This document shows, piece by piece, positions 39,101 to 47,068 of a DNA stretch of 64,000 nucleotides. The translations under genes and the position numbers were made by a program. The stretch is taken from the NCBI GenBank assembly GCA_031552145.1, contig JAVBMV010000005.1:352947-416946 (forward strand), in the 5' to 3' direction. Numbering within the stretch: the stretch's first letter is position 1; each line of letters opens with the position of its first letter. Below the pieces are notes generated by a model, which saw only the letters and a program-made list of their open reading frames with translations, searched no databases and was not told the DNA's origin. This DNA is from Myxococcales bacterium (lineage in GTDB: Bacteria; Myxococcota; Myxococcia; Myxococcales; UBA5297).

Positions 39101-40026
39101 GGGACAACAAATATGTGCCCACGCAAGTCTCGGGACTCACCTCCGGAACGAAGAGCATCTCCGCGGGGAGCTTGCACGCCTGTGCGCTGGCGACCGATGG
39201 AAAGATCCGCTGCTGGGGTTTCAACTCCTCTTCCCAACTCGGGAATGGCGCCGTCGCGTCGAGCGCGGTTCCTGTCGTCGCGACCAACTTTGGCGCTCTG
39301 ATCTACAGCGCGATAGGCGCTGGTGCCGCGCATACCTGCGCCTTGACGAGCAGCGGCGAGGTCCGGTGCCTGGGTGACAATACCGACGGGCAACTTGGGG
39401 ACGGAACAAAGATCGGCCGTTCCGCGCCGGTAGTCGTCTCCGGGCTCTCCGGCATCGCCAAGCTCTCGGTCGGAGGGTCCACGAGCTGCGCCCTGTCGAC
39501 CACGGGAGGAGCCAAATGCTGGGGCGACAACTCGAGCGCACAGCTGGGCGATGACACCGTCACCGACAGGCCCACTCCAATCGAAATGCGGGGCCTCTCG
39601 AGCGGCGTGCGTTTCATTACCCCAGGCGCGAACTCCTCCTGCGCGGTCCTCGGCTCCGGAGCACTTCAGTGCTGGGGTGTCAATGGAGATGGGCAGGTCG
39701 GCAACGATTCGGGTGACGAGGCCTACTCCCCATTTCCGGTTCGTGCCGCCGAGATCCTCTCCTTCGACCTACCGTCCAGTCTCGCCCTGGGAGGACGTGT
39801 GCGCTTGATCAGCACCACCGCTCTCTCGGACAACTCGATGCCCCAATGGGAGAGTCTCACGCCAGAGACATGCAGGATCGCGATGCGAGCCATGGGACAC
39901 CTAACGGTGTACGAATTGGCGGCGCAGAACACGGCCGCGCCCGGCTCGCTCTGCTGGGTAAGGGCGACCGCCTCCACGGCGCGGGCAATCCCTAAATACC
40001 GCCTCCTCTCCATCGAGGCTCAATAG
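33148..40026 (+). CDS. Giant lipoprotein (2292 aa): ~16 tandem Ig-like repeats + 14 RCC1 blades + C-terminal Ig-like domain
   Basis: Lipobox LHTFAG|C. GAGG RBS. A repeated ~92-aa unit (AP.yVTAG..y.AsV..Pv..STY.W.I.GG.L....G.SVTFTP.G.aGs.VtLtCVETN.AG..G.pG.A...IVA.P), then HtCAL...G.vkCWG.N..GQLGdG blades. Confidence 0.9.
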   Translation: MATSPHYLWSSSRRSRLFAFLATLGSLHTFAGCGSSGPAHYAEPPVIESFIATRSPVSAGTASALIATYRGVSAVVDQGVGEVASGAQVAVLPRETTRYTLTVIGESGETATAEATIEVLEAPHVPTIEAPQYVTANLSGYVATVESRSGLRYDWTIEGGTIEGASSGASIAFSAGEVGSLRLGCTATDAMEATATSSFTALVVASPASPVLKRPAFVQAGKSYGASVEAPMAGVLYAWSIEGAQSATAQGSSITFTPNGVVGGEVRFRCIGTNQAGTEGPAGLATSAIIEAQQAPALTAPAYVTAGLPAVASVTSPDPSSRYAWSIEGGTLEAVEGSSVTFTPTGAAGSSVTLTCVETNVAGSESLPGTVGSQIVAPPTAPTIQAPLLVTALGAYSASVAAPGAQTTYHWTIEGGQLANDSGTSVTFVPTGAAKSELRLTCVERNRAGHESAAASAVALIVAEPLAPTLALPQLMTEHLDYSAQVVGPNPASTYTWSITGGTLSATSGTSVTFTVGAVAEGEVTLGCVETNEAGSAGSAGVGAGTIVAAPGRPTISLPQHVTAGWGTSASVVTLSGTSTYSWTLSGGSTSNTKGPTISFIPTALPGQTVTLSCVETNLAGTSGEPGTAAAIVVDGSQAPVLQLPQFVTAGTSATATLQNRVHTSTYAWSILNGNIDNESASGVTFTPNGAPGEVVILSCVETNQAGSEGIQATALAAIVAPPLTPIVGAPTFVVPPNAYVASVQNYVGTSTYEWALTGATPTTHTGAQVDFAPTGSGGTSVTISCTEVNQAGERGTPAVLQVPIAGSSAVPIVAVAPYVTAGIASSALVQSPVGSSTYHWGIAGGDLASSTGTSVSFTPAGLPGTKVDLSCVERTVALEESAPGVASTQIVAPPVAPVLHAPEHITTARAFSASVQSPVGTSSYEWTIEGALPAKAWGPSFTFTPTAAAGEQVKLTCVETNRAGTVGPATERVSSVVGAPRQPEVELPLLVTAGLSAEASVREPVDGSRYTWSIRGGTIPSPEGQSVTFTPTGAAGSTVTLTAVEANLANNTGAPGSAVATIVAAPQVPLIGLPNKVTAGKSYTASVQNPVAASTYHWSITGGELASTSGLSVSFTAGAGGTLILTCTERNQALAEGNPGTASAAIVAAPVAPLIVAPSGVLANKSYVANVANWVASSTYRWTLTNALPATALGREISFKGQGAIGQMVTLTCVETNEAGSDGPSASLPIPIVELPPSPAIDAPLYATIGAVVQARVLGPEPTSSYRWTITGGLPNIANGTEVSFQVESPTAVTLTCVEINGMGIEGSPGSASVIAVAPPVIPAITAPAKVTQGRQYTASIAAPVSGSTYGWSIAGGSLVTSAGSSVSFIPASSGTVTLTAVETNRAGTVGAAGSTPPRPILDEPDATIFAPAGVLEGEVSSADVFEQSGMTYQWTVDHGALSGSTSYAVAFTPASANRLTLGCTVTNAAGDSTTGWTEVEIWPRQSTTMLDEQAVQLSVGFSHSCVVSRSGKVRCWGSDDRGQLGNGAPLERSHIPLEASGITGATVVATGDYHTCAILSGAVKCWGANDKGQLGNGLSLDSATPVALPSLSSGVVALALGGEHSCALTSAGGVKCWGRNDHGQVGDGSNVDRSSPVDVFELTSGVKALAAGKQHTCALMQSGQMRCWGAGEGADALTSAAIAGFGAGDEIVGIAAGKFHTCARLRSGELKCWGDNSLGQLGDGTAIRRVTPTSVPTLGSGVTAIALGAGHTCAVTRNNGVKCWGYNSEGQLGAGGSNNSNTPLQVVGLGAEIESLDAGEKHVCALTRAGAVLCWGSNGYLQSGRPEGQLGDTPRHVASQAGGVEQVAVGGNFACALTLAGGVKCWGGNQYGALGLGTLGGQTDGPTGSVIGLESGVASVVAGATHACALMSNGAVKCWGGNTYGAVGDGSTVDRPAPAQVTGLTSGVAAIAAGSGFTCAMTTAGGVKCWGMNSAGQLGVNAWDNKYVPTQVSGLTSGTKSISAGSLHACALATDGKIRCWGFNSSSQLGNGAVASSAVPVVATNFGALIYSAIGAGAAHTCALTSSGEVRCLGDNTDGQLGDGTKIGRSAPVVVSGLSGIAKLSVGGSTSCALSTTGGAKCWGDNSSAQLGDDTVTDRPTPIEMRGLSSGVRFITPGANSSCAVLGSGALQCWGVNGDGQVGNDSGDEAYSPFPVRAAEILSFDLPSSLALGGRVRLISTTALSDNSMPQWESLTPETCRIAMRAMGHLTVYELAAQNTAAPGSLCWVRATASTARAIPKYRLLSIEAQ
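33511..37600 (+). repeat. ~16 tandem Ig-like repeats (~276 nt period)
   Basis: Counted from 16 occurrences of the (V/I)(T/S)F.P...(V/L)TL.C(V/T)E.N-type motif. Confidence 0.8.
37630..39730 (+). repeat. 14 RCC1-type blades (two 7-bladed propellers expected)
   Basis: 14 CWG/CLG motifs (VRCWGSDD, VKCWGAND ... LQCWGVNG), each followed by GQLG(D/N)G. Confidence 0.85.
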
Positions 40027-40040
40027 GAACGGAGCACACC

Positions 40041-43000
40041 ATGAATACTCTCCCGAGCCGCCCCTTCTCTGCCCTCCTTCGAAGTCTCTCGGTCCTCCTT
40101 CCGCCGCTCCTCATCGCGCAGGCGGCCTGTAACAGCCCGCCCAGCATGCACGCGGTGCGCGATCCCACCATCGAATCCTTCGTGCCCGGCCAGTCGCCGC
40201 TGCTCGAGGGGACGAGCACCACGCTCATCGCCCTCTTCAAGGATGGTGTGGGCGAGGTGGACCAGGGGATCGGCGAGGTGAAGAGCGGCATGCCCGTGAC
40301 GGTCTCGCCTACCGAGACCACCACCTACACGCTCACGGTCATCGGTAGGACGATGGCGACCATTACGGCCCAGGCCACCATCGAGGTGGTGAAGAACCCC
40401 GACGCGCCAATCATCACGGCACCCGCCTATGTCACGGCGAACCTCTCCGGCTACGGCGCGCGCATCGTCGAGCAGGAGGGGTGTACCTACGCCTGGAGCA
40501 TCGAAGGCGGTAGCTTCGACGGCGCCGCCGACGGCGTCAGCGTCCTCTTCACGCCCGGCGCGAGCGGAGTGGTGAAGCTGCACTGCACGGTGACCAACCG
40601 CCTGGGTACGGGGATGAGCTCCACCGCCAACGCGCTCATCGTCGCCGCGCCGGTCAGCCCGCTCTTCGCGCTGGCCGAGCGCCTCTCCCGGGGGCACGTC
40701 TACAGCGCCAGCGTGACCAGCCCGGTCGAGGGGAGCAGCTACGCCTGGAGCATCTCGGGAGGAGAACTGGGGAGCGGCGCGGGCGCGCAGAGCACCTTCA
40801 CGCCCACGGGCGAGCCCGAGAGCAAGCTCACGCTCACGTGCGTCGAGACGAACCGCGCGGGCACGGTGGGGCCGCCCGCGACTGGCGAGGCACTCATCGT
40901 CGCCGCGCCCATTCCCTTCGCCATCGACGCGCCAAACGAGGTCACCGCGGGATATGAGGGGTATGGAGCGAGCGTCGACTTCCAGCCGGACTGCACCTAC
41001 GCCTGGATCATTCAGAACGGCACCATCGAAGGGGAGGCCGATAGTACCGCCATCCACTTCACGCCGGGCTCCTCTGGCGAGGTGCTGCTCACCTGCACCG
41101 TAACCAACTCCGTGGGGGACTCCAGCGCCGAGGCGACCAAGAGCATTCCCATCACCGCCGCGCCGCTCGTGCCGCAGCTCTCGGCGCCCGCCGTCGTCAC
41201 CGACGGGCGCAGCCACGAGGCGCGCGTGCTCAACGTCGTCACTAGGAGCACCTACGAATGGAGATTGGTGGGCGCGACCACCGCCACCGCCACGGGCTCG
41301 ACCATCACCTTCACCCCCGCGCTGGGCGTCGAGAGCCAGGTCACCTTCACCTGTATCGAGGTGAACAGCGCGGGGATGACGGGTGACCCGGGCAACGCCG
41401 TAAGCGAGATCGTTCCGCCGCCGGTCCAGCCGGCGCTCTCCGCGCCGCTCTATGTGAGCGCGGGAGAGAGTTATGGCGCCGCTGTTCAGAACCCGGTCGC
41501 GACCAGCACCTATGCCTGGACCATTCAGGGAGGGGAGCTTGTCACGTCGACCGGCACCTCCGTGCAGTTCGTTCCGTCGGGGAGCGCCGGAGCGCAGGTG
41601 AAGCTCTCCTGCGTCGAGACGAACCAGGCCGGGGTGGCGGGCACGCCGGGCGGGGCGCTCAGCACGCTCCAAGGGGCTCCCGGGACGCCGACGCTCACGG
41701 CGCCGCAGTACCTGACGGCGGGCGAGAGCGCCACCGCGCAGGTCACATCTCCCGCCCCGACCAGCACCTATCGCTGGGAGATCGAGGGCGGGACGCTCAC
41801 CACCTGGAGCGGCGCCAACATCCGCTTCGTGGCGGGCCTCTCGGGGGCGGTGACGCTCTCCTGCGTCGAGACGAACCGCGCCGGTACGCCGGGCGCGCCG
41901 GGCAGCGCCCAGACCAACATCGTCGCGCCGCCCATGGTGCCAGTGATCGACAGGCCCCAATACATCACCGCCGGAACGCAGGGGAGCGCCAGCGTCGCGG
42001 CCTCCGTGGCGAGCAGCACCTATGGGTGGACGCTCTCGGGCGCCACCCCCACCAGCGCGACGGGCACCCAGGTGAACTTCACCGCCGGCCTCGTCGGCGC
42101 CATCAACTACTCCGTCGTCGAGACGAATCAGGCGGGGCGCGCCGGCGCTCCCGGCGGCGGCAACACGGTCATCGTCGCCGCGCCGCAGGTGCCGCAGCTC
42201 ACGGCGCCCACGCACGTCACCTCGGGCAATAGCTACAGCGCGCGCGTCACCGCGCCCGTGGCGGGCAGTAGCTACGCCTGGGGCATTCAGGGGGGCGAGC
42301 TGCAGAGCAGCAGCGGCACCGCCGTCACCTTCACCGTCACGGGCACCGCGGGAGGCGAGGTGACGCTCTCCTGCATCGAGACGAACCGCGCCGGAACGGC
42401 CGGCGCCAAGGGAGAGGCGACCGCCGCCATCATCGCTCTGCCCGGACTGCTCACCATCCAGGTGCCCGCCCATGTCTCCACCAGCGGCACCGGCATGGCG
42501 AGCGTGGTGGGGCCGGTCGCCGGCAGCACCTACAAGTGGAGCATCGTCGGCGGGCTGCTCCTGAGCGCCACCGGGACGAGCGTCACCTTCAACCCGCAGG
42601 GGATCGCGGGCGCGGTGGTGACGCTGACGGCGCGCGAGACGACTCAGGCCGGCACCGAGGGGCTGCCCGCGACGGGCTCCAGCATCGTGGTGGCCGCCCC
42701 CAACCCGCCGCTCATCGCCGCCCCCGCCAACGTCTCGCCGGGTGGAAGCTATGGCGCCAGCGTGCAGAACCTGGTCGGCACCAGCACCTACGCCTGGTCC
42801 ATAACGGGCGGCTCCATTAGCCCCCCTGCCACCGGGCCCAGCGTCACCTTCACACCAACGGTCGCGGCCGGAGGGCAGGTGAAGCTCTCCTGCATCGAGA
42901 CCAACAGCGCGGGCGATGCGAGCGCGCCGGGCACCAAGGATGTGAATGTGGTCGCGGCGGCCGGAGAGCCATTGCTCACCGCGCCACGCTATGTAACGGC

Positions 43001-46000
43001 GGGAGAGTCCTTTGGCGCCTCCGTGCAAAGCCCGGGGAGCGGCACCTATGACTGGGTGCTCACGGGCGCGACGCCTTCCACGGCTACTGGTCCGAGCATC
43101 AGCTTCACGCCGACCGGCGCCCCTGGAAGTAAGGTGACGCTCTCCTGCAAGGAGACCGTCGCCTCGGTGCAGGGGCCCGCTGGCGTCGTCGAGAGCGAGA
43201 TCGTGGCGCCGCCCGCGATGCCCACCATCGTCGCGCCCCTCTATGTGACCCAGGGACAGACGATCGGCGTGACGCTCGCGAACGGCGTGGCGAAGAGCCG
43301 CTATGCCTGGAGCGCCGTCAATGGCGCGCCCGCCGCGCTTACGCCGGAGGAAGGGCCCAGCTTCGCGGTGAAGATCACCGGCGCGCCGGGCGCCTTCGCG
43401 CAGTATCAGGCCATCGAGACGAACGCCGCCGGGAAAGCGGGTGCGGTGGGCAGCGCGCAGAGCGAGATCGTGGCGGCGCCCGTCATGCCCGTGCTGCAGG
43501 TGCCCGCGCTGGTCACCTCGGGGCAGCAGGCCTCGGCCCAGGTGATTAGCCCCGTCGCGAACAGCACCTATCAGTGGAGCATCACCGGCGGAACGTTGCA
43601 AACCAGTACTGGCACCAGCGTGACTTTTACGCCCACAGGAAATGGTGGCAGCTCGGTGATGCTCTCCTGCGTCGAGACGAACCGCGCCGGTGTCGCGGGT
43701 GCACCCGGTGTCGGCTACGCCGCCATCGTCGCTCCGCCTGCGACGCTCGCGCTCAGCGCGCCGCAATACGTCGGCCCCGGCGCATCCGTCATCGCGAGCG
43801 TCCAAGGCGCCAATAATTCGAGTACCTACCAATGGAGCATCACGGGGGCGACGCCCACCTCGGCCAGCGGCCCGACCATCCCCGTCACAGCGGGCGCCAG
43901 CGGCGTCATCACCTTCAAATGCACGGAGACGAACCAGGCCGGGCAGAGCGGCGCGGAGGCGACGGCCCAGAGCACCATCGTGCAGCCGCCCGTGGCGCCG
44001 ACGCTCTCGGCGCCCAAGTGGGTTACCGTTGGCGACGCGCTCAATGCGACGGTGACCGCTCCGGTCGCGGGCAGCACCTACACCTGGACCGTCGCGGGGG
44101 AGACGACGAAGAGCGTCGTCGGGACCGAGGCCACCGCCGCCACCAACCAGCCCGGCGCCGTCACCTTCACTTGCGTCGAGAAGAACCTGGCCGGAGCGAC
44201 GGGGCCCGCCTCCATGGCCGTCACGACCGTACTTCCCAAGCCCGAGAAGCCGGTCATCGCCGCCCCCCAGTATGTGGGCCAAGGTAGCGCCGGGAATGCA
44301 GCGAGCGTGGTCGCGCAGGCCAATTGCACCTACGTCTGGACGATTACGGGAGGGGAGATCGCCGGCCCGAGCAACGGCCCGGCCATCACCTTCAGCGCGG
44401 GCGAGTCGGGGAGCGTGTTGCTCGGCTGCACCGTCACCAACGCGGCCGGCGCCAGTGAAGAGGGCGCGAAGAGCGTATCCATCATCGGGCCCCCCCAGGC
44501 AGTAATAGACGGCCCCGGCTTCATCACGCGCGACTCCGAAGGGATCGCCTCGGTGGCAGCGCAGGAGGGCGCCACCTATCTCTGGTCCGTCGAAGGGGGC
44601 GTGGCCAAGGGCGCGACAAATGGCACATCTCTTCGCTTTGGCGCGGGCGCCGGTGAGCTTCTTACGCTGAAGGTGAGAGTGACCAATGCCCTGGGAGTCG
44701 CCGCCAATGGCGTGCGAAGTGTGACGATATTTAATGCCCCCACGACTTCCTTCGACTACGCCATGAACTCAGTCCCGGTAACCACGGGCCTCTTTTCTTC
44801 CTGTGCGATGATTCCCCAGGGGGGAGTGCGCTGCTGGGGAGGCGGATATGGCACCGGCAGGTCGATCGCGGGTCTCTCCGAAGGAGTATTGTCGCTGGCC
44901 TCTGGAGTCTACCATGCATGCGCGCTCGACGGTGATGGCGCGATCAAATGCTGGACGCCGGGAGCTCCTGTCGCCGTGCCCAAAAACACCTACACTTCCG
45001 AGAGGTACGTTCAGGTATCGGCCGGCATGGACTACGACTGCGCGTTGACCAGCACCGGCAGGGTCTTCTGCTGGGGGCCAGGTGCCTACTCGAGCTTGAC
45101 TTCAAGCCCCAATTCGGCCGATCCATTCGCAGAGATCACCGTGGGGCATGATCGAGATGTCTGCGCGCGCACCCCGAGCGGCAAGGTGTATTGCTGGTAT
45201 GGGAGCGGCCTTCCATCTCTTCGAGCAGAACGCGCTCTGGCCATGGTCAACTCCGGCCACTTCTTCTGCTACATCCAAGACGACTTTGTCGTCAAATGCC
45301 AAGGGTGGGGGGGCGGGACATCTATGATTCCCGGAGCGCGCTCCATTGTAAACGGCCACGGTCATGTCTGCGTGCTCCAAGATACGGGAGAGGTCTATTG
45401 CTGGGGCAATAATACGATGGGGCAGCTCGGAATCGGCACATGTGGAGGAAGCGTCGGCACGCCGCAAAAGGTGCTCGGTCTCGCCGATGTCGTCGCCATC
45501 GAATCGGGTTGTAACCATACCTGTGCCGTGACGGGCTCGGGCGTCACCAAGTGTTGGGGCGACAATGACGCAAATCAGCTCGCTGGCGGCGTCATAGGGC
45601 CCAATGGGGCCTATGCCCCGCGCACCATGCCCATGGTCGCCTTCAGCGCCGAGCGCGAGGTGGCGCTCGGTGGAGGCCACACCTGCGCGCTCACACCCTT
45701 CGGCGGCGTGCGCTGCTGGGGAAAGAATGGAGATGGTCAACTGGGGGATGGCACGGAGAATCAGAGCCTGGCGCCGACAGCGGTGGAATGGCTCGAGCGC
45801 GGCGTCGTCGGGCTGGCGGCGGGTGGGAGCCACACCTGTGCCCTCAACGGCGCGGGCGCCATCTGGTGCTGGGGCTCCAACGCCCAAGGCCAGCTCGGTG
45901 TCGGCTCCAGCGTCTCCTCCACCAAGAGCCCGCTGGGTATCTCGATTGTCGCCAAGGGCCTCTCCGTTGGGCGTGATTTCACCTGCGCACTCCAATCGAG

Positions 46001-46976
46001 CGGTTGCGTTCGTTGCTGGGGCGCGGGCGCGAGCGGGCAACTGGGTAATGGCGCCACTCAAAACACCTCCGTGCCGGTCGATGTCTCGGGCCTGTCGAGC
46101 GTCGAGAGTATCGCCGCTGGCGCCCAGCACGCCTGCGCGGTGATGAATGGCGGCTCCGTCAATTGCTGGGGCAACAACAGCGCCGGGCAGCTCGGCGACG
46201 GCACGCAGACAAATCGCTCTCTCCCCGCGCCCGTCTCGCTCTCCGGCGCGGCCAAGGCCGTGGGCGCCGGCGAGGCACACACCTGCGTCCTCCTGATGAG
46301 TGGCGCCGTCCATTGTTGGGGCGCCAATGGCGACGGTCAGCTCGGTGATGGCGGTAGCAGCCCAAGCCTCGCACCCAAGGTCGTTTCGGGCCTCTCCGCT
46401 GGCGTTAAAGCCATCGCCGTCGGCGGCCACCACGCCTGCGCGCTGCTCGCGGACGGGGCGGTCAAGTGCTGGGGCAAGAACGCGAATGGGCAGGTGGGTG
46501 ACGGAAGCTCCGCCTCGAAAAACGCTCCGGTCGAGGTGCTGGCGCCCTCCGCCAAAGTGGCGTCGCTCGTCGCGGGACCAGCCAATAGCTGCGCCGTAAA
46601 CGAAAGCGGGCTCATCCTCTGCTGGGGTGCCAACGCCGATGGCGTGTTGGGCGATGGTGGCACCACCGATCGCCTCTCGCCCGTCGCCATCCGGGAACGG
46701 CAGTTCATCTTCTTCCCGCAGCCTCCGCCCCTCTCCCCGGGCCAGAGCCACACGCTCCAGGCCGAGAGCACCAGCGGGCTCCTCGTCACCTACGAGGTCA
46801 CGACGCCCTCAATCTGTAGCGTCTCGGGCTCGCAGCTCACCATCGCCCCGACGGCACCAGCCAATTCGAAGTGCGAGGTGCGCGCGCTGCAACCGGGCGC
46901 CGCGCCAGCCTCGGCGGCGGGGGGGTCCTACGTCGCCGCCTCGCCCGCGGTGCGGCAAGTGACGGTCGCGCCTTAG
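40041..46976 (+). CDS. Paralogous giant lipoprotein (2311 aa): ~17 Ig-like repeats + 14 RCC1(-like) blades + C-terminal Ig-like domain
   Basis: It starts 14 nt after the previous stop, with GGAG upstream. Signal LLPPLLIAQAA|C. Same leader domain (P.IESF....SP...GTS..LIA...GVGEVDQG.GEV.SG..V.V.P.ETT.YTLTVIG) and same repeat architecture as 33148-40026. Confidence 0.9.
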   Translation: MNTLPSRPFSALLRSLSVLLPPLLIAQAACNSPPSMHAVRDPTIESFVPGQSPLLEGTSTTLIALFKDGVGEVDQGIGEVKSGMPVTVSPTETTTYTLTVIGRTMATITAQATIEVVKNPDAPIITAPAYVTANLSGYGARIVEQEGCTYAWSIEGGSFDGAADGVSVLFTPGASGVVKLHCTVTNRLGTGMSSTANALIVAAPVSPLFALAERLSRGHVYSASVTSPVEGSSYAWSISGGELGSGAGAQSTFTPTGEPESKLTLTCVETNRAGTVGPPATGEALIVAAPIPFAIDAPNEVTAGYEGYGASVDFQPDCTYAWIIQNGTIEGEADSTAIHFTPGSSGEVLLTCTVTNSVGDSSAEATKSIPITAAPLVPQLSAPAVVTDGRSHEARVLNVVTRSTYEWRLVGATTATATGSTITFTPALGVESQVTFTCIEVNSAGMTGDPGNAVSEIVPPPVQPALSAPLYVSAGESYGAAVQNPVATSTYAWTIQGGELVTSTGTSVQFVPSGSAGAQVKLSCVETNQAGVAGTPGGALSTLQGAPGTPTLTAPQYLTAGESATAQVTSPAPTSTYRWEIEGGTLTTWSGANIRFVAGLSGAVTLSCVETNRAGTPGAPGSAQTNIVAPPMVPVIDRPQYITAGTQGSASVAASVASSTYGWTLSGATPTSATGTQVNFTAGLVGAINYSVVETNQAGRAGAPGGGNTVIVAAPQVPQLTAPTHVTSGNSYSARVTAPVAGSSYAWGIQGGELQSSSGTAVTFTVTGTAGGEVTLSCIETNRAGTAGAKGEATAAIIALPGLLTIQVPAHVSTSGTGMASVVGPVAGSTYKWSIVGGLLLSATGTSVTFNPQGIAGAVVTLTARETTQAGTEGLPATGSSIVVAAPNPPLIAAPANVSPGGSYGASVQNLVGTSTYAWSITGGSISPPATGPSVTFTPTVAAGGQVKLSCIETNSAGDASAPGTKDVNVVAAAGEPLLTAPRYVTAGESFGASVQSPGSGTYDWVLTGATPSTATGPSISFTPTGAPGSKVTLSCKETVASVQGPAGVVESEIVAPPAMPTIVAPLYVTQGQTIGVTLANGVAKSRYAWSAVNGAPAALTPEEGPSFAVKITGAPGAFAQYQAIETNAAGKAGAVGSAQSEIVAAPVMPVLQVPALVTSGQQASAQVISPVANSTYQWSITGGTLQTSTGTSVTFTPTGNGGSSVMLSCVETNRAGVAGAPGVGYAAIVAPPATLALSAPQYVGPGASVIASVQGANNSSTYQWSITGATPTSASGPTIPVTAGASGVITFKCTETNQAGQSGAEATAQSTIVQPPVAPTLSAPKWVTVGDALNATVTAPVAGSTYTWTVAGETTKSVVGTEATAATNQPGAVTFTCVEKNLAGATGPASMAVTTVLPKPEKPVIAAPQYVGQGSAGNAASVVAQANCTYVWTITGGEIAGPSNGPAITFSAGESGSVLLGCTVTNAAGASEEGAKSVSIIGPPQAVIDGPGFITRDSEGIASVAAQEGATYLWSVEGGVAKGATNGTSLRFGAGAGELLTLKVRVTNALGVAANGVRSVTIFNAPTTSFDYAMNSVPVTTGLFSSCAMIPQGGVRCWGGGYGTGRSIAGLSEGVLSLASGVYHACALDGDGAIKCWTPGAPVAVPKNTYTSERYVQVSAGMDYDCALTSTGRVFCWGPGAYSSLTSSPNSADPFAEITVGHDRDVCARTPSGKVYCWYGSGLPSLRAERALAMVNSGHFFCYIQDDFVVKCQGWGGGTSMIPGARSIVNGHGHVCVLQDTGEVYCWGNNTMGQLGIGTCGGSVGTPQKVLGLADVVAIESGCNHTCAVTGSGVTKCWGDNDANQLAGGVIGPNGAYAPRTMPMVAFSAEREVALGGGHTCALTPFGGVRCWGKNGDGQLGDGTENQSLAPTAVEWLERGVVGLAAGGSHTCALNGAGAIWCWGSNAQGQLGVGSSVSSTKSPLGISIVAKGLSVGRDFTCALQSSGCVRCWGAGASGQLGNGATQNTSVPVDVSGLSSVESIAAGAQHACAVMNGGSVNCWGNNSAGQLGDGTQTNRSLPAPVSLSGAAKAVGAGEAHTCVLLMSGAVHCWGANGDGQLGDGGSSPSLAPKVVSGLSAGVKAIAVGGHHACALLADGAVKCWGKNANGQVGDGSSASKNAPVEVLAPSAKVASLVAGPANSCAVNESGLILCWGANADGVLGDGGTTDRLSPVAIRERQFIFFPQPPPLSPGQSHTLQAESTSGLLVTYEVTTPSICSVSGSQLTIAPTAPANSKCEVRALQPGAAPASAAGGSYVAASPAVRQVTVAP
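40394..44735 (+). repeat. ~17 tandem Ig-like repeats
   Basis: Same unit as in the upstream paralogue; 17 copies counted from the ..F.P/..F.A + (L/V).L.C.ETN motifs. The last three are more divergent. Confidence 0.75.
44770..46690 (+). repeat. 14 RCC1(-like) blades; the first ~5 are degenerate
   Basis: VRCWGGGYG, IKCWTPGA, VFCWGPGA, VYCWYGSG, VKCQGWGG, then canonical VYCWGNNTMGQLG ... ILCWGANADGVLGDG. Confidence 0.8.
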
Positions 46977-46994
46977 CGAGCGTCCTATTTTGGT

Positions 46995-47023
46995 GGCCCT
47001 GCCCGCATCGCCGCGGGCGGGCC
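46995..47023. terminator. GC-rich hairpin between convergent giant genes (possible bidirectional terminator, no U-tract)
   Basis: GGCCC-T-GCCCGC / loop ATCGCC / GCGGGC-GGGCC; 11 bp of pairing with one bulge. It is located in the 92-nt convergent gap. Confidence 0.4.
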
Positions 47024-47068
47024 GCTCCCGCACACGCTACGCTAGGGGGAAAGCTCGTGGCACTGCTC

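Noticed and set aside
33196-46751. Minus-strand ORFs inside the giant gene pair (33196-34584, 35374-38019, 38083-39393, 40020-44282, 45102-46751)
   Set aside because: They are antisense to strongly periodic Ig-like and RCC1 coding sequence. Their products are Arg/Gly/Asp/His-rich with no signal or domain pattern.
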